The position numbers were made by a program, and so were the translations under genes. Of a stretch of 64,000 nucleotides of DNA, positions 53,700 to 61,232 are shown in pieces (within the stretch, counting starts at the first letter, position 1; each line of letters starts with the position of its first letter). This DNA is from an uncultured Dehalococcoidaceae bacterium (lineage in GTDB: Bacteria > Chloroflexota > Dehalococcoidia > Dehalococcoidales > RBG-16-60-22), in contig CAYPDM010000001.1 of NCBI GenBank assembly GCA_964409485.1, positions 1,175-65,174 of the forward strand, written 5' to 3'. Under the pieces are notes generated by a model. The model searched no databases. It was given only the letters and a program-made list of their open reading frames with translations, and was not told the DNA's origin.

Positions 53700-55487
53700 T
53701 TAGCAGCCTGATTCGGTCAATGTGGCTCCTCTTATCAACTTTGTCTTGTGTGCCGTACGGAAATATGACATTCCAAAAGAATAACCCGGTATACTACCGG
53801 ACACGACGATATGAATGTCTTCCGGGTTTACGACAGGGACCTTTCCTCCTGGTTTGAGGGATTCTTTAATCACCGGTAAGCGGTCTTCAGGAATGGCATC
53901 GTGTGGATAGAATATGTCTATATCGGGGGGTTTGGTGTTAATCCTGTCATGTATACCCTGGATTTCCTGTTCACTGAGCTCTTCGTACGGTACAAGTGTA
54001 CTTTCATAGAGATAATCTCGCAGGCTTCGCTTGCTATTATAACCGATACGCTGCAGCATGATAGCCATTTCGGGATGAATGACGAGTATGTGTTTTCTGA
54101 GATGAGCCATGGGGTTAGCCACCCCAACTTTATATTGAGCAAACGTGCCGCGGTCAGCAGCTATATCTTTCACCATGCTGTCGAGGACCGGCTTTACATC
54201 CCAGGGCTCAACCACTCCTCCGCCATATATCCTCATACCTAAACCACCCATGACGGTGTCCACGGTCACGCAACTATCTTCCGGCTTGTAACCCAGGCCC
54301 TCATTAAACGTTTCCCAGGGGCTCTGCTCTATATTTTCGGCGAAAGTGTAGAAGGTATGCGGGGACGGGCGGCCGATCAGCGCCATATCGATCTCTCCCG
54401 GCCACAGGTAACCGATATTGATCAGGCTCAATCTTACGGCGCGGCCGATGGTATTGTTGGCTCGCCAGCCGTGACCTAATAAGCCTACTCCGGAATTCAT
54501 GTTAATTTCTTTGCCAAGAGGCCCGCTTACCATTATCATAAGAGTGAAGGAGCCTTCTGAACTCATCATGTGAGTGTAAGTACCCTCTTCAGTCAGGCAT
54601 TCCATGGCTGCAATTATCACCGGCAGATACTCAGGCCTTGCCCCCGCCATCACCGCGTTAATAGCTATCTTTTCAACAGTGGCGATACCGTTTCGATAAG
54701 GTACCCGGCCTATAACTTCATTGGGAGAACGCTTGGTCCCTGTTAGCATCCACTTAACGGCCTGTTCCGTGGGAGGTATCAGGGGCAACCCATCGCCCCA
54801 GTGGTTATCAAGGTACAGCCGGTTGAATGATTCAAGGGCGGACTCATAACTCTCCGCAGTAACCTCAACTGTTTCAGCAGTCTTTTTTAAGGCCTTTAGC
54901 TCCGGGTTTTTCTCCTCCGGTGCCAGGGGCCGGTTTAGGGCGTCGATAATAAGGTCAATGGACGCTTCGGCAACAGGCCTAATACTTTCCACGGTCAACC
55001 GGTTCGGGTAATAATCTATTGAAGGCAGGCTTACGATACGTAACGCGGGCATTCCCGCGTCCTCGGCTGACATCTTGGCGGTGTGAGTAGCGTTATCACC
55101 GACCACGAAAACGCCGGGTTTGCCAAGTTTTTCTAATGCGACTACCTGCAAGCACTGAATCCAGCCTCCCATGCCGTTATCGCCGACGCCGTAGATAAAA
55201 GTATCCATTTCTTTTTTTGCCTTCTCCGCCGCCTCGGCATCTCCCCAGACAAGCCGAATGGTCGTCGCTGTTGGATACCTTTCTTTCAGCAGTTCCTCGA
55301 CTGCGATACAGAAATTATCCCCACCTTTCTTACCGTCCCAGATTATTCCGATCTTCTTACCTGCCAGATCCTTTATGCGAGGGTTGATGAGCCCCGAAGG
55401 CACCGGAACTTCAAGCACACCCTGAGGATTTAAACACAACAATGAGACTTTTTCTTTCAATTTTTTCACCCCTTCTTGAAATAACAT
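53700..55487 (-). CDS. unassigned 595-aa protein, paralogue P2 (two-domain, function unknown)
   Basis: Homologous along its length to P1 (HWGDGLPLIPPTEQAV, IAINAVMAGARPEYLPVIIA, GPLGKEINMN, NNTIGRAV). Lies between the UROD-like and esterase genes. Confidence 0.7.
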   Translation of the reverse strand: MLFQEGVKKLKEKVSLLCLNPQGVLEVPVPSGLINPRIKDLAGKKIGIIWDGKKGGDNFCIAVEELLKERYPTATTIRLVWGDAEAAEKAKKEMDTFIYGVGDNGMGGWIQCLQVVALEKLGKPGVFVVGDNATHTAKMSAEDAGMPALRIVSLPSIDYYPNRLTVESIRPVAEASIDLIIDALNRPLAPEEKNPELKALKKTAETVEVTAESYESALESFNRLYLDNHWGDGLPLIPPTEQAVKWMLTGTKRSPNEVIGRVPYRNGIATVEKIAINAVMAGARPEYLPVIIAAMECLTEEGTYTHMMSSEGSFTLMIMVSGPLGKEINMNSGVGLLGHGWRANNTIGRAVRLSLINIGYLWPGEIDMALIGRPSPHTFYTFAENIEQSPWETFNEGLGYKPEDSCVTVDTVMGGLGMRIYGGGVVEPWDVKPVLDSMVKDIAADRGTFAQYKVGVANPMAHLRKHILVIHPEMAIMLQRIGYNSKRSLRDYLYESTLVPYEELSEQEIQGIHDRINTKPPDIDIFYPHDAIPEDRLPVIKESLKPGGKVPVVNPEDIHIVVSGSIPGYSFGMSYFRTAHKTKLIRGATLTESGC

Positions 55488-55543
55488 TTATTTATCAAGG
55501 CAAAAGCCATGCTTCTATACATTAGACTTCTTTGTTTTATTAA

Positions 55544-56881
55544 TTAATGATAAACACCATATTCCCTGGCCGCCTCCATAAAGGCACGAAGATTTTCAGG
55601 CTTGGCTTCTGTGACTGCGGTTCCGCCGGTTAGGACGTAGCCACCGCCGGGAGCACAAGCTTCGATAAGTTTACGGCAACATTCTTTGACATCTTTAACC
55701 TCTCCGAAAGCTAACAATGAAGCTGGCACGTTGCCAACGACACAACAAGTATCCCCGATCATTCGTTTAGCTTTAGCCATGTCAGTCTGATCAAACTGCC
55801 ATGTTACCCAGCCTTTAGGGAAATCCCCGATATACTCTAGCCTATTATTGTAGCGACCCTCACAAAATAGCGAGACCATGATACCTTCGTCGATAAGGGC
55901 AAGGATTAATTTTCTCAGACTCGGCCAGTAGAATTTTTCAAACTGTTTATTAGACATAAAGGTATCATCTCCTTTATGTAAGGGGAAATTAACGGTAAAA
56001 ACGCCCATCGCGTTAACACTGTCTATAGTACGCCGTATCATCTGTTCCAGAATCATATCGGTAGCTTCCAGGATCTTCTCCGGGTTGCGAAACATGTCTA
56101 TGGCGCTCCCCTGTGTCCCGCGTAGATGATCGGCGATCACGTCGAAGGGGGCCATGGCGAGGCCGCCCATGCTCATCGGAAAACCAGCCGCAATTGCGTC
56201 TCTATTAACAATCATAAGTTGTTTCTGGAACTTTTCTAACTCTTCACCGGCTTCCATTAGTTTTTGAAACGCTCTCCGCATTTCCGGTCTGGTAAAAGGA
56301 TAAGCAAGCACCATAGGCATGCCCGTCAAAGAGCTAAGTGGAGGGAAATTCTTCAATGCCTCCAGGGCACCCAAGACCCGCGGCGTCACGACTCTGAACC
56401 CAAAATCGGAAGGGTCTTTAAGTAAGTCATCATATTCATCTTCACTCATCAATATTGTCTCTACATATTGATGGTATCCCGCATCTTCGGGCAGCCCATG
56501 CCCCGGCCACATAAATGTTTTCATATCTAAAATATCAAGCATCTGCCCGCAAATGATACCCTCCGGTCCGAGAAAATCATCCATATCATCGTAAAAATCA
56601 TTCATAAATTTAGTCCAGGTTGGGCGGATAAGCGTGGGATCATACATTAATTGCTTTAGAATCAACCCGGAATAAAGAATGGGAAAGTTACCCGCCGGTA
56701 CCATTACCGGTACACGGTCTGGTTCCATACACAGAAACGCCTTCATGAACCGGGTGACCCTCTCCTTGTACTCTTGTTCAGCTCTGGCATCGCGAAAGGT
56801 TACCCCTGGTGGTGAAAGCCATCTTTGTAACCTCTGTTCACGTTTTTGTTCTTTGGTCATTTCAGATTGGTGTTTTTCCAT
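55544..56881 (-). CDS. uroporphyrinogen-decarboxylase-fold (UROD/MtaA-like) family protein, long form
   Basis: 445 aa. CMEPDRVPVMVPAG near the N-terminus and an overall TIM-barrel-like pattern recall UROD-family proteins. The position that is H-x-C in MT2-type methyltransferases reads LFCEG here. Assignment is tentative. Confidence 0.4.
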   Translation of the reverse strand: MEKHQSEMTKEQKREQRLQRWLSPPGVTFRDARAEQEYKERVTRFMKAFLCMEPDRVPVMVPAGNFPILYSGLILKQLMYDPTLIRPTWTKFMNDFYDDMDDFLGPEGIICGQMLDILDMKTFMWPGHGLPEDAGYHQYVETILMSEDEYDDLLKDPSDFGFRVVTPRVLGALEALKNFPPLSSLTGMPMVLAYPFTRPEMRRAFQKLMEAGEELEKFQKQLMIVNRDAIAAGFPMSMGGLAMAPFDVIADHLRGTQGSAIDMFRNPEKILEATDMILEQMIRRTIDSVNAMGVFTVNFPLHKGDDTFMSNKQFEKFYWPSLRKLILALIDEGIMVSLFCEGRYNNRLEYIGDFPKGWVTWQFDQTDMAKAKRMIGDTCCVVGNVPASLLAFGEVKDVKECCRKLIEACAPGGGYVLTGGTAVTEAKPENLRAFMEAAREYGVYH

Positions 56882-57005
56882 AAATAATTACTCCTAATTG
56901 TTTCAAAGTACTGTAAACTCTCGAAATAATTTACCTATATTTACTAATTTACAGATATATTTTGTTAGATAATGGGCGTAAAGAGTTTGACAACGGACGG
57001 GGGGC

Positions 57006-57066
57006 TTGACATTCATGAAAGCATATTATATCATTGGGTAACAAAAAATCAAGTACGTATACGTAT
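57006..57066 (+). promoter_or_regulatory. promoter-operator cassette C (upstream of the aldolase/SBP array)
   Basis: TTGACA 57006-57011, 17 nt, TATCAT 57029-57034, 18 nt, GTACGTATACGTAT 57053-57066. The hexamers, spacings and 14-mer are identical to cassette A. Confidence 0.6.
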
Positions 57067-57276
57067 ATGTATCCAAATAATTATCATAAACTACTCAATT
57101 TGAACTACTTTTATAACGTTGACCAACGATAAAAACATGTTAACGTATACCTTTGAATAAATTTTTAAGATAAAAGATAAAGGCCCTATTACTTTCGAAC
57201 CGGATATAGTGAACTGCTAAGGAGTTATTAGTTTACCCGCGAAGATACACGATAAGTTATCAAAGGGGAGGCCGAA

Positions 57277-58332
57277 ATGGCTATAGAATACACCAAGTCA
57301 GAAGCGAAAAAGTGGTCTAAAAAGAATCTTAAGGGGTTGGAGGTACCTATTTTCCCTTCTTTTAACCCGGATCTGCAGGAACTGGATGAAGAAGGTATCA
57401 GGTATGATGTCAATCATATTATAGCTAATGGCTTTACCTCTGCCCTGATCGCGCCTGAAGCCTGTGGAATGACATTTGAAGAACGAAAAAGATTTGTGGA
57501 AATAGTAGTTGATGAAGCGAGGGGTAAAATACATACTTCGGTATCGGTAATGCAGGACACGGTCGAACAGGATATCGAGATGCTTCAACACATGGAAAAA
57601 GTTGGCGGCACTTTCGCCACGCTTGGTCACCCCGTACAATACTACCCTAGGTCGGTAGAGGACATCTTCCAGATGTATAAATACATGTGCGATTCTACCA
57701 ACCTGGCAATAGTTTTCTACACTGGCAGGCTCCATACCAGACAATTCCACCCGAGTTATTTTCCCCCGGAACTCCTCCCCAGAATAGCCGATATTCCAAA
57801 TGTTGTGGCTATGAAGGTTGGCGGCGGTAGTTCCATGGCGATTACCGTAATGTCCTTCCGACTCTGCGGTGATAAAATCCTGGTCAATGACCCCATCCCT
57901 GATAGATGGTTTATTACCGTCCCGGTGTACGGCCAGCAGTGGTCCGGTGCCGGGCCTTTTTACGGGATGCAGACTCCTGAAAAACCTCGCATGGTCGAAA
58001 TTTTCGACCTGTTAACGAAGGGTGAAATTGATAAAGCAATGGACATTTATTGGGAACTGGGGGCTTTAAGAGATGGTGCGGGCGGATTGGCAGATTCATA
58101 TTTTCACACAGGCATTGTCACCGCACTCAGTGATAAATATGCCCACTGGTGTAACGGCGGCAACGGTGGCACCGTAAGACAGCCCACCGGCAGGCTGTTC
58201 GATTACCAGAAAGAGAGAATCAGAGCAGGTCTTAGAGCACTAGGACTGACTCCGCGTGAACCTGAAGAGGAATTCTATGTGGGTAGAGTAAATTACGCCA
58301 AAGGGGCTAGACTTAAAAAATTCGAGGTATGA
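57277..58332 (+). CDS. DapA/N-acetylneuraminate-lyase-family (class I aldolase fold) protein, copy 1
   Basis: 351 aa. LDEEGIRYDV...GMTFEERKRFVEIVVDEARGKI...LAIVFY...IPNVVAMKVGG gives a putative Schiff-base Lys in the usual strand position. The GTTGE block is replaced by PEACGMT. Confidence 0.65.
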   Translation: MAIEYTKSEAKKWSKKNLKGLEVPIFPSFNPDLQELDEEGIRYDVNHIIANGFTSALIAPEACGMTFEERKRFVEIVVDEARGKIHTSVSVMQDTVEQDIEMLQHMEKVGGTFATLGHPVQYYPRSVEDIFQMYKYMCDSTNLAIVFYTGRLHTRQFHPSYFPPELLPRIADIPNVVAMKVGGGSSMAITVMSFRLCGDKILVNDPIPDRWFITVPVYGQQWSGAGPFYGMQTPEKPRMVEIFDLLTKGEIDKAMDIYWELGALRDGAGGLADSYFHTGIVTALSDKYAHWCNGGNGGTVRQPTGRLFDYQKERIRAGLRALGLTPREPEEEFYVGRVNYAKGARLKKFEV

Positions 58333-58398
58333 AAAGCCTCTGAAACCTATTTATATCCGCGTAAGGTGAAAGCGAAATAAAAAATAAGGAGTGAAAAA

Positions 58399-60039
58399 AT
58401 GAAAAAGTTATACATCCCATTAGCCATCTTGCTGGTCTGCATCATGTTGATGATCGGTTGTGCCGAACCAGAAACAACACCCACGCCAGCTCCTGCGCCA
58501 GCGCCTGAACCGACTCCTACGCCAACACCTGAACCGACTCCTACGCCAACACCTGAACCGACTCCTACGCTAACACCTGAACCCGCTCCATCCGAGGCTC
58601 CCAAGTACGGCGGCACCCTGAAGCAAATCCTATGGGCCAGCCCATCCGGAACAGGTGGTTTACCATGGGAGCTTTTCGGCAACGATTTCCTGTCTTCCTT
58701 TCACATCATAGAACCTCTATTCCATGCTGACGCTAAGGGTAATCTAATCCCATGTCTAGCAGAAAGCTATCAGATTGCCGATGATCTGATGTCTATCACC
58801 TTTAATCTAAGAAAAGGCGTCAAATTCCATGACGGAACGGATTTTAATGCTGAAGCAGCTAAATGGAATCTGGACAACTTCATGGCCAATCCGATGTCGG
58901 CTTCACCTTACTGGAAATCGGTAGATATCATTGATGACTATACTATTCGGCTCAATCTAAATAAATGGGTTAACACCATTTTAACCAGTCTAGCTGGTGG
59001 TGGTACCTTTATGGTCTCGCCGTCGGCTTTTGAAAAGAATGGTGCTGATTGGATGAGAGAGAACCCCGTGGGAACCGGCCCGTTCAAGTTCGAAAGCTTT
59101 CAACGTGATGTCAGTTATAAGGCCGTGAAAAATCCTGACTATTGGAAAGAGGGTATACCCTATCTGGACGCAGTTGAAATCCTTTATGTGGCTGACCCGC
59201 TGACGCAGAAAGCAGCACTGGAGGCTGGAGAAGCGGACGTTTTACAGATCGAGCCGGCCAAAATGGCTGCTGACCTCAAAGCCGCGGGTTTTAACATGGA
59301 TGTTAGTGTAACCTCAACATTTATACTGATGCCCGACACTGCCCATCCAGACTCACCTTTTGCTATCAAGAAAGTGCGTGAGGCCGTGGAATACGCCCTT
59401 GACCGCGAGGCTATAGCCAATGCTTTTAGCTACGGCTTCTGGGAGGCTCCTTACCAGATTCCCGCGCCGTCCAGCGCGGCTTACAATCCCGACTTTGCTC
59501 TTACACGCAAATATAACGTTGACAAAGCAAAACAACTCATGGCCGAGGCGGGATATCCTGACGGCTTTCCCGCTACTCTCCTGGTAATACCCGTCGGCAT
59601 CGACCGGAACATCCCGGTCGCGATACAGAATAACCTTGCCGAAATAGGCATTACTCTGGAGTTGAATATTCCTGCCGCTATACCGAAGTTTTTACAGGAC
59701 TCCAATACTGTTGAAAACGCCCTGATTCTGCAGCCTATCTTTGGCGGAGCAAACTGGAATAGCGCCTTATCATTAGCATTACGCCCCGATTTAATGATGA
59801 TGAATTCTGTATGGTTGAGAACTCCGGAATTTATAGACCTATATAACGCGACTTTATCTTCACCAACCATGGATGTTGCGCTTATTCGTGCTGTAACTGA
59901 TTATCTGTCTGAAGAGGCCCAGCTTATCCCTGTTTTTAGCGGCGGTAGCGGTTATGCCTTTCTATCTTATGTCATAGATGCGGATTGGAATGACAGGGAG
60001 GCTGGCTGGAATCCGGAGGAAATTTGGTTAAATAAGTAA
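58399..60039 (+). CDS. ABC transporter family-5 (peptide/opine/oligosaccharide-type) solute-binding lipoprotein, copy 1
   Basis: 546 aa. Signal peptide with lipobox MLMIGC, a roughly 45-aa Pro/Thr/Glu linker, then KYGGTLK...LRKGVKFHDGTDFNAEAAKWNLDN, typical of SBP family 5. Confidence 0.85.
   Translation: MKKLYIPLAILLVCIMLMIGCAEPETTPTPAPAPAPEPTPTPTPEPTPTPTPEPTPTLTPEPAPSEAPKYGGTLKQILWASPSGTGGLPWELFGNDFLSSFHIIEPLFHADAKGNLIPCLAESYQIADDLMSITFNLRKGVKFHDGTDFNAEAAKWNLDNFMANPMSASPYWKSVDIIDDYTIRLNLNKWVNTILTSLAGGGTFMVSPSAFEKNGADWMRENPVGTGPFKFESFQRDVSYKAVKNPDYWKEGIPYLDAVEILYVADPLTQKAALEAGEADVLQIEPAKMAADLKAAGFNMDVSVTSTFILMPDTAHPDSPFAIKKVREAVEYALDREAIANAFSYGFWEAPYQIPAPSSAAYNPDFALTRKYNVDKAKQLMAEAGYPDGFPATLLVIPVGIDRNIPVAIQNNLAEIGITLELNIPAAIPKFLQDSNTVENALILQPIFGGANWNSALSLALRPDLMMMNSVWLRTPEFIDLYNATLSSPTMDVALIRAVTDYLSEEAQLIPVFSGGSGYAFLSYVIDADWNDREAGWNPEEIWLNK
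58504..58583 (+). repeat. 24-bp tandem repeat (3.3 copies) encoding the PEPTPTPT linker of SBP copy 1
   Basis: CCTGAACCGACTCCTACGCCAACA at 58504-58527 and 58528-58551. The copy at 58552-58575 has one C->T change. A partial fourth copy spans 58576-58583. Confidence 0.9.
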
Positions 60040-60104
60040 CATAACAACCATCACGATAAAAGTTGAATTAACAAGGAAAAACTACATTGTAGTAATAAAG
60101 GAGT

Positions 60105-61139
60105 ATGTCTATGGAATTTACCAAATCGGAAGCTAAGCAATGGGCTAAAGAGCACTATAAAGGATTAGATGGTAATGTAAGTCCCTCTTTTACCCCAGAC
60201 CTGGAGCAACTGGATGAAGAAGGTATTCGGTATGATGTCCAGCTTAACATCAGCAGAGGTTTTTTCAGTGTCTTTTGTCAGACAGAAGTGTGCGCCATGA
60301 CCTTAGAAGAGCGCAAGAAATTCGTGGAGATAGTCTGTGATGAGGCTAAAGGCAAGGTTTTAGTCTCGATGTTTACAGGCATCGATACAATTGAGAAAGA
60401 CATTGAATTGCTCAAGCACTTTGAGAAGATAGGCGGCACACATACCCTACTGGGCTGGCCCGGAATGTTTTACGCGAAATCGGAGGAGGATATTTACCGC
60501 GCAACCAAAGCAGTATGTGATGCTACCAAGGTGTGCATAGACATCTGGCCCAAGCCCAAGTTCGACTTCGTCCGGTTTCACCCCAGCCATTTCAATCCAC
60601 AGCTAATAGAAAGAATAACCGACATACCTAATGTGGTATCTGTCAAAGCTTACTTAAATGACGGGTTTGGCAAATGGGCCGAGGTTCAACACCGCATCGG
60701 CGATAAGATATTACTTCAATCCGCCGAGATAGAAGAGTGGCCCATAACCGTGGCTAAATACAAGCAGCAATGGGCGGGACCGGCCGATTACTTTATATTC
60801 GATGCGACCAGTGGAAATACTCGCATTGTAAGAATGTTTAACCTGTTCTTGGAAGGGGATTTCCTCAAGGCCATGGATTTATACTGGGAGCTTGCCCCGA
60901 TAACTATTGGCGCCCGAAACGCCATGTTTCAATCAGGTATGATGGGAGTGAAATATATGCAGTGGTTGACCGGTGGCAATGGTGGCATGTACCGGCAGCC
61001 AGCTATGCCGATGTTTCAACACCAGAAAGATGCGATGAGGGCAGGCCTCAAAGCTGCGGGGATAACTCCGCGTGAACCTGAAGAAGAGTTTTACATCGGC
61101 CGGTTGAACTACGCCAAAGGCGCCAGACCCAAATATTAA
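60105..61139 (+). CDS. DapA/NAL-family aldolase-like protein, copy 2 (most divergent)
   Basis: 344 aa. LDEEGIRYDV...AMTLEERKKFVEIVCDEAKGKV...IPNVVSVKAYL. Colinear with copies 1 and 3. Confidence 0.65.
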   Translation: MSMEFTKSEAKQWAKEHYKGLDGNVSPSFTPDLEQLDEEGIRYDVQLNISRGFFSVFCQTEVCAMTLEERKKFVEIVCDEAKGKVLVSMFTGIDTIEKDIELLKHFEKIGGTHTLLGWPGMFYAKSEEDIYRATKAVCDATKVCIDIWPKPKFDFVRFHPSHFNPQLIERITDIPNVVSVKAYLNDGFGKWAEVQHRIGDKILLQSAEIEEWPITVAKYKQQWAGPADYFIFDATSGNTRIVRMFNLFLEGDFLKAMDLYWELAPITIGARNAMFQSGMMGVKYMQWLTGGNGGMYRQPAMPMFQHQKDAMRAGLKAAGITPREPEEEFYIGRLNYAKGARPKY

Positions 61140-61232
61140 GTACTAGGTAGGAAAGTATTTAGGCTTGGCATTGATATAACTGTTATACCGTAACAAAAGT
61201 ACAACCGAAGAAAGAAAAGGAGGGGAAAACAA

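Noticed and set aside
58347-58682. Minus-strand ORF of 111 aa rich in GVGVGSG repeats, and its twin at 61136-61468
   Set aside because: Both are exact antisense readings of the Pro/Thr/Glu linker regions of the two SBP genes. The repeat composition is a mirror artefact, and neither has an RBS or independent support.
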